Assembly: GCA_904501705.1 (NCBI GenBank)
Contig: CAJGCA010000001.1
Location: forward strand, 15,488 to 79,487
Reading direction: 5' to 3'
DNA from: Clostridiaceae bacterium
GTDB taxonomy: Bacteria; Bacillota; Clostridia; Oscillospirales; Acutalibacteraceae
DNA: 64,000 bases
In this document: one piece after another, positions 1 through 9,727 of the stretch
Layout of the letters: the number at the start of each line of letters is the position of its first letter
How positions within the stretch are numbered: position 1 is the stretch's first letter
Translations under genes and position numbers: made by a program
The notes under the pieces: model-generated
What the model was told of the DNA's origin: nothing
What the model saw: only the letters and a program-made list of their open reading frames with translations
Database searches by the model: none

Positions 1-492
1 AATCGTCACAAGAGTGTACAGCCCGTTCGGGAGTAACACCTTAAAAAGTATCTCGGATAGGTTTTCTTTTCGAAAGATTGCGTAGCAAAAAAACCATTCC
101 AACAAAACATATAGAAGAACCCCGCTCGAAGAAAGAAGTAAGGCAGTATAGAAATTCGCTCTAAGAAACCATTCAACGAGTAACCCTGCCGCTAAGCCGC
201 ACAGCATCAGCAACAATGCGTCAAAACCAAACAGTCGAAAAGAAAATACGCCCCATAAAATGCCGGAAAACACGCCAACTGCCGCTCCCGCGCGCGCACC
301 GCCCAGCACAGCCGTGCAGATGACAAACGCGACGAGTGGAAATGGGCGGGCAAACGACACTGTCGGGAAAATACGTGGTGCGGTCTGCAACAGCAGAACA
401 AGCAAGGTGGACAAGCCGTATAGTAGCCATGGGAGATAGTTTTTCTGCTGAAGTAGTGTCGAAAACGGACTGGAATTCACGCGCGTTTTCAT
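1..492 (-). CDS. mreD: Rod shape-determining protein MreD (C-terminal end runs off the left edge of the window)
   Basis: Not in the ORF track because no stop lies inside the window. The minus-strand frame starts at ATG 492..490 with RBS AAAGGGGAGAAG just upstream. It reads MKTRVNSSPFSTLLQQKNYLPWLLYGLSTLLVLLLQTAPRIFPTVSFARPFPLVAFVICTAVLGG... for 164 codons without a stop down to position 1. It is multi-pass hydrophobic and lies 18 nt downstream of mreC. Confidence 0.75.
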   Translation of the reverse strand, partial: MKTRVNSSPFSTLLQQKNYLPWLLYGLSTLLVLLLQTAPRIFPTVSFARPFPLVAFVICTAVLGGARAGAAVGVFSGILWGVFSFRLFGFDALLLMLCGLAAGLLVEWFLRANFYTALLLSSSGVLLYVLLEWFFCYAIFRKENLSEILFKVLLPNGLYTLVTI

Positions 493-510
493 ACTCTTCT
501 CCCCTTTGCA

Positions 511-1371
511 TCAATTCTCCGTCGAAGAACCCTGTCCATCGAAGGATGTGATCACCATCACTTGCTTTAAGTTATAAATATCCGCAAACAGTTCAACGTT
601 CGCATCCAAGGTCATACCATCGGAGGCGTTGTTGATCTCACGCACACTACCGATAAGCAGTCCGCCCGGATAAATTCCGCCGATACCGGAGGTGACAACG
701 TAATCACCGATCGCAACCCCCGAAGAACGCTCAAGCGTTGTCAGACGAAGCTGCCGCTCGCGCGCCATCGTAACCGTACTTCCCGCTGTGTATCCTGTGT
801 CCGCCGTGCGGCTGATTTGCGCCGATACCTTTATTGCGGGATCAAGCACCGTGCGCACTTTAGAATACGTCAATCCAACTTCGCTCACCACACCAACAAG
901 ATCGCCGTTTGGCGAAACAACAGGATCGTTAACCGACACGTCCGCGTTCTTTCCTGCAGAAATCGTAATATTTCCGTAGGTATCCGACGGATCACGCCCA
1001 ATTACACGACCGGACGAGAAGGTGTAGTCCGAATGCTCCTCGTGTAAACCAAGAATCTCGGTATACCAGTCATTCTGCTGTTTGAGTTCATCGTAATCGA
1101 CGATCTGCTGGCGTAATTCCGCATTCTCCTTTAACAAAGCGTTAACCTGCTCCTGCAACTCGCCGCCGCCGACAAGGCCACCAAAAAAGCCCGAAATGCC
1201 GTTAGAAATACCGGTGACCAACGATTGAAACGGCGTAACGACCGCGCCCGTAATCGTCTGCGGCAAGCTGGCAATCCCGCCGGTAGAGGCGCTATAAATC
1301 ATAATACCGACCAAAATTAAAGCCACCACAGCCAGAACACGCACAAAAAAGCTTTTAAAAAAGTCTTTCAC
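511..1371 (-). CDS. mreC: Rod shape-determining protein MreC
   Basis: 286 aa with an N-terminal membrane anchor (VRVLAVVALILVGIMIY) and a coiled coil (QVNALLKENAELRQQIVDYDELKQQ), followed by a beta-rich extracytoplasmic domain. GTG start with AAGGAG 7 nt upstream. Located between mreB and mreD. Confidence 0.9.
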   Translation of the reverse strand: MKDFFKSFFVRVLAVVALILVGIMIYSASTGGIASLPQTITGAVVTPFQSLVTGISNGISGFFGGLVGGGELQEQVNALLKENAELRQQIVDYDELKQQNDWYTEILGLHEEHSDYTFSSGRVIGRDPSDTYGNITISAGKNADVSVNDPVVSPNGDLVGVVSEVGLTYSKVRTVLDPAIKVSAQISRTADTGYTAGSTVTMARERQLRLTTLERSSGVAIGDYVVTSGIGGIYPGGLLIGSVREINNASDGMTLDANVELFADIYNLKQVMVITSFDGQGSSTEN

Positions 1372-1436
1372 ACCGTTTCACTCCTTCCCGACAAAATACC
1401 AAAAAGCGGAAGACAGTCCGTCTTCCGCTTGGCGCA

Positions 1437-2447
1437 TTAGATTCGGCGATTGGCGCGGAAATTGCTGACCATACCGATGTCAAGGCACTTACCCGTGCCG
1501 ATTGCTACGCAATCAAGCGGGTTCTCCGCAACGTGCACCGGCATACCGGTCTCACGGTTGATGAGCATATCCAGACCACGCAGCAGAGCACCGCCACCGG
1601 TCAGCATAATACCGTTCGTGATAATATCCGCGCTCAACTCGGGCGGCGTGCGCTCCAGTGTGGACTTGATCGCATCGACAATCGCACCGACGGGATCGGC
1701 CAGCGCCTCACGCACCTCTTCGGCGGAAATCACGATATTCTTCGGCAGACCGTCAACGAGGTTACGACCCTTAACGTCCATCGAGGACTCATTCTCATAC
1801 GGGAAGGCGGAACCGAGGGTGATTTTCAGTTCTTCCGCTGTGCGCTCACCGATGAGCAGGTTATATTTCTTTTTGATGTAGGAGATGATCGCCTCATCGA
1901 AATCATCGCCCGCTACGCGCACCGACTGTGCAGTCACAATGTCGCCCAGCGAGATGACCGCAACCTCAGACGTACCGCCGCCGATATCAACGATCATACA
2001 GCCTGCAGCCTCGGAAACCTCCAGACCGGCGCCGATCGCCGCCGCCATCGGCTCGGTGATCAGCTGCACGTCACGCGCACCCGCGTTACGCGCAGCCTCA
2101 TCAACCGCACGACGCTCTACCTCGGTCACACCCGAGGGAATACACACAATCAAACGGGGACGATGAAACAGCGTGGACTTCAGAGAGCGCTTAATGAAAT
2201 AGCGCAGCATCGCGGAAGTCACCTCAAAATCCGCGATAACGCCGTCCTTGAGCGGACGAACAGCCGAAATCGAACCGGGAGTACGACCGATCATCTCCTT
2301 TGCTTCAGAGCCGACCGCCATCACTTCATCCCTCTTGACATCCACGGCAACAACCGACGGCTCGCGCATCACAATGCCTTTGCCGCGCATAAAAACCAGC
2401 GTGTTCGCCGTACCGAGGTCAATGCCGATATCTCGATTCAAAAACAT
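1437..2447 (-). CDS. mreB: Rod shape-determining actin-like protein MreB
   Basis: Signatures [22 protein letters not shown] and [12 protein letters not shown] prefer ATG 2447 (RBS GGAAGGGAAG 7 nt upstream) over the TTG at 2453 used by the ORF track. Confidence 0.95.
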   Translation of the reverse strand: MFLNRDIGIDLGTANTLVFMRGKGIVMREPSVVAVDVKRDEVMAVGSEAKEMIGRTPGSISAVRPLKDGVIADFEVTSAMLRYFIKRSLKSTLFHRPRLIVCIPSGVTEVERRAVDEAARNAGARDVQLITEPMAAAIGAGLEVSEAAGCMIVDIGGGTSEVAVISLGDIVTAQSVRVAGDDFDEAIISYIKKKYNLLIGERTAEELKITLGSAFPYENESSMDVKGRNLVDGLPKNIVISAEEVREALADPVGAIVDAIKSTLERTPPELSADIITNGIMLTGGGALLRGLDMLINRETGMPVHVAENPLDCVAIGTGKCLDIGMVSNFRANRRI

Positions 2448-2583
2448 AATCAATCTTCCCTTCCGAAAATTTATCCTTATGGTAATTTCTCATTCATTAC
2501 ATTATTATAACCTGTTTACCGCAAAATCTCAACAACAATTTGAAAAATTTTACAAAAAAGTGGGGTTTTTACGTACAGGGGAA

Positions 2584-3165
2584 TTATTCGCCGCGAAAAT
2601 CATGCAAAAAGCGTAATAATCGCCCCGCTGGAAGGCCCATCACCGTGTAAAAATCGCCGCAGATCCCTTCGATAAAGCGCATTCCATAGCCTTGGATTCC
2701 GTAAGCACCCGCTTTATCCATCGGCTCGCCTGTTGCGACGTATTCTTCGGCTTCTTCGCGGGTCATCGGGAAGAATTTCACCGCCGCAATGTCTGTAAAG
2801 CCATCTTCCTTTACAATTTCTTTTGCGTCATTTGTAGCAATCAACCACACGCCTGTCATCACCTGATGTTCCTTCCCCTGTAGGCTCATCAGCATTTCGA
2901 CAGCGTGTTCTTTCGATTTTGGCTTGCCAAGCATTTTGCCGTCCAGAACAACCATCGTATCCGCGCCGAGGATGATACGATCGGCAAATTGCTCTGCTAC
3001 CTGCGACGCCTTACTGCGCGCAAGCGCGCGGACAAGTTCTTCTGGTGGAAGATGTTCGGGAGCACATTCGTCCGCCGCGGGACATACATCGAACGGAACG
3101 CCGCCGAGCGTAAGGATCTCCCGACGGCGAGGCGAGGCTGATGCTAATATGATCTTATCCTTCAT
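2584..3165 (-). CDS. maf: Maf-family nucleoside triphosphate pyrophosphatase (septum formation protein Maf)
   Basis: The internal start MKDKIILASASPRRREILTLGGVPFDV is the typical Maf N-terminus. The 34 upstream codons of the track ORF overlap the dus gene and look non-coding. The chosen start overlaps the dus stop by 11 nt. Confidence 0.88.
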   Translation of the reverse strand: MKDKIILASASPRRREILTLGGVPFDVCPAADECAPEHLPPEELVRALARSKASQVAEQFADRIILGADTMVVLDGKMLGKPKSKEHAVEMLMSLQGKEHQVMTGVWLIATNDAKEIVKEDGFTDIAAVKFFPMTREEAEEYVATGEPMDKAGAYGIQGYGMRFIEGICGDFYTVMGLPAGRLLRFLHDFRGE

Positions 3166-4138
3166 TGCCGTTGTCCTCCACCATCTGAATAACGCGACAA
3201 CAAAATGCCGCCAGATCATCCAAATTGTTAATCTGTCCGGCCTCACGACGCATCGCCGCCGCGCCACGCAGACCGCTCATATACCACGAAGCGTGCTTGC
3301 GCGCCTCAAGCAGCGCTATGCGCTCGCCTTTATATTCTGCAGCGAGCCTTACCTGCCGCATCAGATCGGTCATGCGCTTAGCAATCGTTGGTGGAGGAAG
3401 GATACGGTCATGCGTCAGATACGCCTCGATTTGCGCAAACACCCACGGCGCGCCAAGCGCTCCTCTGCCGACCATCACCATATCGCAGCCCGTCTGCTCC
3501 AGCATTGCCGCTGCTGATTTCGCGTCAACAACATCGCCGTTGCCGATGACAGGCACTTTAACAGCCGCCTTCACCTGTCGAATAATATCCCAGTCAACGG
3601 GAGGCGCATACATCTGATCCCGGGTGCGTCCATGAACGGCGATTGCATCCGCACCGCCTGCTTCACAAGCGCGTGCGACCTCGACGGCGTTGACCGCGTC
3701 CTTAGAATAGCCCTTACGGATCTTTACCGTGACGGGTACGTCAACTGCACCTTTTACCGCCTGTACCAGTCGTCGACAAAGCTCAGGGTCGCGCATCAGT
3801 GCACTGCCACAGTGGTTACCGACAATCTTTGGCGCAGGACACCCCATATTGATATCGATCCAATCGGGCTTATATTCCAGCGACATCACCGCGGCTTTTG
3901 CAAGGATTTCGGGATCGTCACCAAAAAGCTGCACCGCCGCGGGACGGATATCCTCGTCCAACTCCAGAAGCTCCGCACTCTTGCGATCGCCGTAGGTTAG
4001 CCCTTTACCGCTAACCATCTCGCCGACAACGAACGCAGCGCCGTAATCCATACACATCCGACGAAACGCCCGATCCGCGACCCCGGCCATCGGCGCGAGC
4101 GCGGCGTGCCCCGTAATTTCTACATTTCCGATAAACAA
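3155..4138 (-). CDS. dusB: tRNA-dihydrouridine synthase (DusB-like)
   Basis: Motifs APMAGVADRAFR, DINMGCPAPKIV and AIAVHGRTRDQMY, typical of the Dus flavin TIM barrel. The start codon is TTG, so the exact start is uncertain. Confidence 0.88.
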   Translation of the reverse strand: MFIGNVEITGHAALAPMAGVADRAFRRMCMDYGAAFVVGEMVSGKGLTYGDRKSAELLELDEDIRPAAVQLFGDDPEILAKAAVMSLEYKPDWIDINMGCPAPKIVGNHCGSALMRDPELCRRLVQAVKGAVDVPVTVKIRKGYSKDAVNAVEVARACEAGGADAIAVHGRTRDQMYAPPVDWDIIRQVKAAVKVPVIGNGDVVDAKSAAAMLEQTGCDMVMVGRGALGAPWVFAQIEAYLTHDRILPPPTIAKRMTDLMRQVRLAAEYKGERIALLEARKHASWYMSGLRGAAAMRREAGQINNLDDLAAFCCRVIQMVEDNGNEG

Positions 4139-4264
4139 AACGTCATCCGTCCTTCAAATAATCTGCTACAAGTATACACGATTATTTCCGATTTGAACAG
4201 CCCTTTTTGACAAAAAACATCCCTTCCGCCGAGACGGAAGGGATATTTTAATCAGTTAGACCTA

Positions 4265-7200
4265 TCAGACATTCTGCGCGTACAGTTCGCCCAGACGCAC
4301 CAAATGCTCGTAACGAGCCTTGGCGGCCTCCTCGGCCTTATCGAACAGCGCGTCGGCGCGATCCGGGAAGGAACGAGTCAGCGAAGAATAACGAGCTTCG
4401 TTCATGATAAAGTCGCGATAACTGGTCGTGGGCTCCTTGCTATCCATAGTGAAGGGGTTCTTACCCTCCGCCTTAGCAGCGGGGTTGAAGCGGAACATAT
4501 TCCAGTAGCCGCAATCCACGGCCTTCTTCATCTCGGCCTGGCAGTTGACCATACCACCCTTGATGGAGTGCATCTCGCAGGGAGAGTAGCCGATGATCAG
4601 CGACGGACCCGGATAGGCCTCGGCCTCGGCAATCGCCTTGATGGTCTGGTTCATATCAGCGCCCATAGCGATCTGCGCGACGTAGATGTAGCCGTAGCTC
4701 ATCGCGATCTCAGCGAGACTCTTCTTGGCAATCGCCTTACCGGCAGCGGCGAACTGCGCCACTTGACCGATGTTGGACGCCTTGGAGGCCTGACCGCCGG
4801 TGTTAGAGTACACCTCGGTATCGAAGACCATCACGTTGACATCCTCACCAGAAGCCAGCACGTGGTCCAGACCACCGAAGCCGATGTCGTACGCCCAGCC
4901 GTCGCCGCCGAAGATCCACACGGACTTCTTGGACAGGAATTCCTTATCAGCAAGGATCGCAGGAGCGGTCGGGCAGCCGGCAGTAGCGGCCTTCTCCAGC
5001 TCAACGATCAGCGCGTTGGTCGCAGCGGTGTTCTTCGCACCGTCTTCAGCGGTGTTCAGATACTCCTCAGCAGCCGCCTTAAACTCAGCAGACGCCTTGT
5101 CGGAAGCAGCCATCTCCTTGACCTGCTCGATCAGACGAGCGCGGACGGCCTTCTGGCCGAGGTACATACCGAAGCCGTGCTCAGCGTTGTCCTCGAAGAG
5201 GGAGTTCGCCCAAGCAGGGCCGAAGCCCTTCGCATCGGTGGTGTACGGAGAGGTAGCAGCAGGGCCACCCCAAATGGAGGAGCAACCGGTAGCGTTGGAG
5301 ATATACATACGATCGCCGAACAGCTGAGTGATTAGACGAGCATAAGCGGTCTCAGCACAACCTGCGCAGGAGCCGGAGAACTCAAGCAGCGGCTTTTTGA
5401 ACTGGCTGGCGATCACGGTGTTGCCGCAAACCTCGGGCTTCTCGGAAACCTTCTCAACGCAGTAGTCGAAGACTTCCTGCTGAGCGGCCTGGCTATCCTG
5501 AGCGACCATCGTCAGAGAGTTGGTCGGGCAGACACCGACGCAGACGCCACAACCCATACAATCCAGCGGAGAAACCGCGAGAGTGTAGGTGTAGTTGGTC
5601 TTCACGACGGGCTTAGCATGCTTCTTCATCGCCTCGGGAGCCGCCGCAACTTCCTCATCGCTCATCGCGAAGGGACGAATGGTGGCATGGGGGCAAACGA
5701 AGGAGCAACGGTTACACTTAACACAGGTGTCGGGATTCCACTCGGGAACCATCACGGCAACGCCGCGCTTCTCATAAGCGGAAGCACCCTGCTCGAAGGT
5801 ACCGTCAGCGTGGTCGATGAAAGCGGAAACAGGCAGACTGTCGCCGTCCATCTTGCCAACGGGCTTCATGATGTTATCAACCATCTTAACCAGCTTAGCA
5901 GGACCATTCTCAGACTCAACAACAACGTTGTCCTCAGCGGTCGCCCAAGCGGCAGGCACATCGATCTTCACGAACGCGGTAGCGCCGGCATCGATCGCCT
6001 TGTGATTCATCTCAACGATATCCATACCCTTCTTAGAGTAGGACTTGGTGGCAGCATCCTTCATATACTGGATGGCCTCGGCCTGCGGCATAACGTTCGC
6101 CAGCGTGAAGAACGCAGACTGCAGGATGGTGTTGGTACGCTTGCCCATACCGATCTCAATCGCCAGGTCGATGGCGTTGATGGTGTAGAGCTGGATGTTG
6201 TTCTTCGCGATGTAGCGCTTCGCCTCAGCAGGCATGTGCTTGTCGAGTTCCTCGGCGCTCCACTGGCAGTTGATCATAAAGACACCGCCGGGCTTAACAT
6301 CATTGACCATCTTGTAGCCCTTGAGAACATAGGACGGGTTGTGGCAAGCCACGAAGTCCGCCTTGTTGACGTAGTAGGGGCTCTTGATCGGCTTATCGCC
6401 AAAGCGCAGGTGGCTGATGGTGATACCGCCGGTCTTCTTGGAGTCGTACTGGAAGTACGCCTGCACATACTTATCGGTGTGGTCGCCGATGATCTTGATG
6501 GAGTTCTTGTTCGCGCCGACGGTACCGTCGCCGCCCAGACCCCAGAACTTGCACTCGATGGTGCCTTCAGCAGCGGTGTTGGGCGCTTCCTTCTCCTCGA
6601 GGGAGAGGCCGGTTACGTCGTCCACGATACCGATGGTGAACTGCGCCTTGGGCGCGTCCTTAGCCAACTCGTCGTACACAGCGAACACGCTGGAAGGAGG
6701 CGTATCCTTGGAACCCAGACCATAGCGGCCGCCAATGATACGGATGTCGCCACGGCCCTGCGTCGCCAGAGCGGTAACAACGTCCAGATACATGGGCTCG
6801 CCCAGAGCACCGGGCTCCTTGGTGCGATCGAGAACCGCAATCTTCTTAACCGTCGCAGGGATAGCCGCAGACAGTCTGTCCGCACAGAAGGGACGATACA
6901 GACGGCACTTCACCAGACCGACCTTCTCACCCTTGGCGACCATATAGTCGATAACCTCTTCGATCACGTCGCAGATGGAGCCCATCGCAATGATGACGCG
7001 CTCAGCATCGGGAGCACCGTAGTAGTTGAAGAGCTGATAGTCAGTACCCAGCTTCTCGTTGACCTTGCCCATATACTCCTCAACGATCGCAGGGATCGCA
7101 TCATAGTACTTGTTGCAGGCCTCACGATGCTGGAAGAAGATGTCGCCGTTCTCGTGAGAACCGCGCATCACGGGACGCTCGGGGTTGAGCGCGCGCTTGC

Positions 7201-7810
7201 GGAACTCAGCGACAGCGTCCATATCGCACATTTCCTTAAGGTCTTCATAATCCCAGACCTGGATCTTCTGGATCTCGTGAGAGGTGCGGAAACCATCAAA
7301 GAAGTTGATGAAAGGCACGCGGCCCTTGATGGTCGCCAAGTGCGCAACAGCACCCAGGTCCATAACCTCCTGCGTGTTGGTCTCGGCCAGCATCGCAAAA
7401 CCGGTCTGACGGCAAGCCAAAACGTCGGAGTGATCGCCGAAGATGTTCAGCGCGTGAGAAGCCACCGTACGGGCAGACACGTGGAACACGCAGGGCAGCA
7501 GCTCACCCGCGATCTTGTACATATTGGGGATCATCAGCAACAGACCCTGAGACGCCGTGTAAGTGGTGGTCAGCGCACCAGCGTTCAGAGAGCCGTGCAC
7601 GGTACCGGCGGCACCCGCCTCAGACTCCATCTCGGACACCTTAACGGTCGTACCGAAGATGTTCTTCAGACCGGCGGCAGCCCACTGGTCCACATAGTCG
7701 GCCATGGGGCTGGAAGGGGTGATCGGATAGATGCCCGCAACCTCGGTAAACGCATAGGACACGTGAGCCGCAGCGTTGTTACCGTCCATGGTCTTAAACT
7801 TTCTTGCCAT
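4265..7810 (-). CDS. nifJ: Pyruvate:ferredoxin (flavodoxin) oxidoreductase, single-polypeptide PFOR
   Basis: 1181 aa with two 4Fe-4S ferredoxin motifs (CVKCNRCSFVCP, CMGCGVCVGVCP) and the TPP motif IFGGDGWAYDIGFGG. Strong RBS AAAAGGAGG. Confidence 0.96.
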   Translation of the reverse strand: MARKFKTMDGNNAAAHVSYAFTEVAGIYPITPSSPMADYVDQWAAAGLKNIFGTTVKVSEMESEAGAAGTVHGSLNAGALTTTYTASQGLLLMIPNMYKIAGELLPCVFHVSARTVASHALNIFGDHSDVLACRQTGFAMLAETNTQEVMDLGAVAHLATIKGRVPFINFFDGFRTSHEIQKIQVWDYEDLKEMCDMDAVAEFRKRALNPERPVMRGSHENGDIFFQHREACNKYYDAIPAIVEEYMGKVNEKLGTDYQLFNYYGAPDAERVIIAMGSICDVIEEVIDYMVAKGEKVGLVKCRLYRPFCADRLSAAIPATVKKIAVLDRTKEPGALGEPMYLDVVTALATQGRGDIRIIGGRYGLGSKDTPPSSVFAVYDELAKDAPKAQFTIGIVDDVTGLSLEEKEAPNTAAEGTIECKFWGLGGDGTVGANKNSIKIIGDHTDKYVQAYFQYDSKKTGGITISHLRFGDKPIKSPYYVNKADFVACHNPSYVLKGYKMVNDVKPGGVFMINCQWSAEELDKHMPAEAKRYIAKNNIQLYTINAIDLAIEIGMGKRTNTILQSAFFTLANVMPQAEAIQYMKDAATKSYSKKGMDIVEMNHKAIDAGATAFVKIDVPAAWATAEDNVVVESENGPAKLVKMVDNIMKPVGKMDGDSLPVSAFIDHADGTFEQGASAYEKRGVAVMVPEWNPDTCVKCNRCSFVCPHATIRPFAMSDEEVAAAPEAMKKHAKPVVKTNYTYTLAVSPLDCMGCGVCVGVCPTNSLTMVAQDSQAAQQEVFDYCVEKVSEKPEVCGNTVIASQFKKPLLEFSGSCAGCAETAYARLITQLFGDRMYISNATGCSSIWGGPAATSPYTTDAKGFGPAWANSLFEDNAEHGFGMYLGQKAVRARLIEQVKEMAASDKASAEFKAAAEEYLNTAEDGAKNTAATNALIVELEKAATAGCPTAPAILADKEFLSKKSVWIFGGDGWAYDIGFGGLDHVLASGEDVNVMVFDTEVYSNTGGQASKASNIGQVAQFAAAGKAIAKKSLAEIAMSYGYIYVAQIAMGADMNQTIKAIAEAEAYPGPSLIIGYSPCEMHSIKGGMVNCQAEMKKAVDCGYWNMFRFNPAAKAEGKNPFTMDSKEPTTSYRDFIMNEARYSSLTRSFPDRADALFDKAEEAAKARYEHLVRLGELYAQNV

Positions 7811-7951
7811 AGATATGTCCTCCTTTTGGGAATATAATATTGGTCTTTATGCACGGGATCACAAAACCCCGACACACCACCATATATATTAACACACTTG
7901 ATTTATATTGTAAAGGGCAAAATCGCGAAATTTTTAACAAAAAACCGATTT

Positions 7952-8611
7952 TCAGGGTAACAACTGCTCGATAACGGATAATAATTCGGCAAGGTCGGCT
8001 GCAATGGCCGTCGCACCCGCTGTTTCCAGTTCCTCGTGTGACCCATAGCCGTACAACACGCCGATGGAAGGAAGACTGTTTTGCCGCGCGCCCTCAATGT
8101 CGTATTTGCGGTCGCCGATCATAACGGCATTTTTAGCACAAATTTCGGGATAGCGTTCACGCAGATAAGCGATCACCGACGCCTTTGTTGGGCGACTCTC
8201 GTCCAGCGTGTTTCCTGCTACAAAGGCAAAGTATTTATCCAAGGAAAAATGTTGCAGAATTTGTATGGTAAATTCCTCCGGCTTCGAGGTGGCAATCAGC
8301 AAGGTGTAGCCTTTTCTCTGCAAGCTTTCAAGCAACGCTGCTATGCCGTCGTACGGGACGTTTTCGAACATTCCCCTATCCCCAAAATACGTCCGGTAGT
8401 GCGCCAGAGCCTCCTCTGCCTGAGCGGGCGACAACCCGTGATAACGCATAAAGGAATCCGTCAACGGCGGACCGATATACGGATACAATTCCCGCCGCTC
8501 CTTGATGGTAATGCCGAACTTATCCAGCGCATACATAACGGAGTTGGTGATCCCCTCGCCGGGATCGGTTAAGGTTCCGTCAAGATCAAACAACAGATAC
8601 TTTTGTTGCAT
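7952..8611 (-). CDS. HAD-IA family hydrolase (phosphoglycolate phosphatase / 5'-nucleotidase-like)
   Basis: HAD motif I LLFDLDGTLTD, motif II LIATSK and motif IV MIGDRKYDIEGA. Substrate cannot be assigned. Confidence 0.8.
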   Translation of the reverse strand: MQQKYLLFDLDGTLTDPGEGITNSVMYALDKFGITIKERRELYPYIGPPLTDSFMRYHGLSPAQAEEALAHYRTYFGDRGMFENVPYDGIAALLESLQRKGYTLLIATSKPEEFTIQILQHFSLDKYFAFVAGNTLDESRPTKASVIAYLRERYPEICAKNAVMIGDRKYDIEGARQNSLPSIGVLYGYGSHEELETAGATAIAADLAELLSVIEQLLP

Positions 8612-8747
8612 CGGTTCACGCCCCTTCCTTCCGATATCATACCATATTCTCCGGCGTGGTGCAACGATGAAATCATTCTTGCATAATCCTTAGGAATATG
8701 GTATAATTTATTTGTATGTAATTGTGCGTACGAAAGGAGATTTTATT

Positions 8748-9698
8748 ATGGAATACGTCATCAGCATTATCGTTCTCATTCTCATCGTCCTTCTCTGCAA
8801 CCTTCGCGTTGTACCGCAGGCGCACGAGTATGTCACCGAGTTCCTCGGAAAATACCGCTGCACCTGGGGCGCCGGTCTGCACCTGAAGGTCCCCTTCTTC
8901 GAGCGTGTCGCAAAAAAGATCACGCTAAAAGAGCAGGTGCTCGACTCCCCTCCCCAGCCTGTGATCACGAAGGATAACGTCACGATGCAGATCGACACGG
9001 TCGTGTATTACCGTATTTTTGATGCCAAGCTGTACACCTATGGTGTTGTCAACCCGATCAACGCTCTCGCCAACCTCACCGCGACGACCCTGCGTAACCT
9101 CGTCGGCGAACTGGAGCTTGACGGCACCCTCACTTCCCGTGACACCATCAACGGCAAAATGACTGCCATCCTCGACGATGCCACCGATCAGTGGGGCATC
9201 AAGGTCGGGCGCGTGGAACTCAAGAACATCATCCCGCCGAAAGAAATCCAGATGGCGATGGAAAAACAGATGAAGGCTGAGCGCGACCGCCGCGAGACCC
9301 TGCTGCAAGCAGAGGGTCACAAGGCCGCCGCCATCACCCGCGCTGAAGGTGAAAAGCGTGCAGCGATCCTGGCCGCTGAAGGCGAGCGCGACGCCTGTAT
9401 CGCCCGCGCCGAAGGCGAAGCGAAAGCCGTTATGCTCGCCCGCCAGGCAGAAGCGGAAGGTATCCGTATGCTGCGCGAGGCCGGCGCGGACGCGGCCGTG
9501 CTGGAACTCAAGAAATATGAAGCCCTCGTCCGTATGGCGGACGGTCGCGCCTCCAAAATCATCGTCCCCACCGACACGGTCAACGCTGTTAAGCGAGACG
9601 TGATGTTCAGCGAAGCCTCCGGTCTCGGTGATTCTACCGCTCCCGATCTGTCCCCCGATCCGGTCGTTAAAAAGCACGATCCCTGTTGCGATGAATAA
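8748..9698 (+). CDS. SPFH/band-7 (stomatin/flotillin-like) membrane protein
   Basis: Start moved to ATG 8748 (RBS AAAGGAG), giving MEYVISIIVLILIVLLCNL as an N-terminal TM helix. An SPFH core follows, then an Ala/Glu-rich coiled coil (ERDRRETLLQAEGHKAAAITRAEGEKRAAILAAEGERDA...). No NfeD partner gene is adjacent. Confidence 0.85.
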   Translation: MEYVISIIVLILIVLLCNLRVVPQAHEYVTEFLGKYRCTWGAGLHLKVPFFERVAKKITLKEQVLDSPPQPVITKDNVTMQIDTVVYYRIFDAKLYTYGVVNPINALANLTATTLRNLVGELELDGTLTSRDTINGKMTAILDDATDQWGIKVGRVELKNIIPPKEIQMAMEKQMKAERDRRETLLQAEGHKAAAITRAEGEKRAAILAAEGERDACIARAEGEAKAVMLARQAEAEGIRMLREAGADAAVLELKKYEALVRMADGRASKIIVPTDTVNAVKRDVMFSEASGLGDSTAPDLSPDPVVKKHDPCCDE

Positions 9699-9727
9699 CC
9701 CCTACACGCAAAAGGAGAATTTATAAA

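Noticed and set aside
221-514. 97-aa and 64-aa minus-strand ORFs and a 71-aa plus-strand ORF at the left edge.
   Set aside because: A different minus-strand frame gives an uninterrupted, hydrophobic MreD-like protein with a good RBS directly after mreC. The listed ORFs are alternative frames of that gene.
5618-7837. Very long ORFs antisense to well-supported genes. Examples: 5618-7837 (+) opposite nifJ, 13288-14967 (-) opposite the OPT transporter, 26379-27515 (-) opposite the PHP gene, 31066-32403 (-) opposite gpmI, 53661-55271 (+) opposite rnj, 59117-60247 (+) and 60416-61351 (+) opposite pflB, 41453-42658 (+) opposite priA, 51606-53117 (+) opposite gdpP.
   Set aside because: This is typical of GC-rich DNA, where the antisense frame of a real gene lacks stop codons. 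The translations are rich in Arg, His, Gly, Asp and Leu, have no recognisable motifs and no RBS. The opposite strand carries unmistakable family signatures along its full length.
8639-8704. 11-nt inverted repeat ATACCATATTC / GAATATGGTAT in the divergent HAD / SPFH intergenic region.
   Set aside because: Each arm coincides with the extended -10 element (TGgTATAAT and TGgTATGAT) of one of the two divergent promoters. The symmetry is explained by two similar promoters facing away from each other, not by a separate operator.
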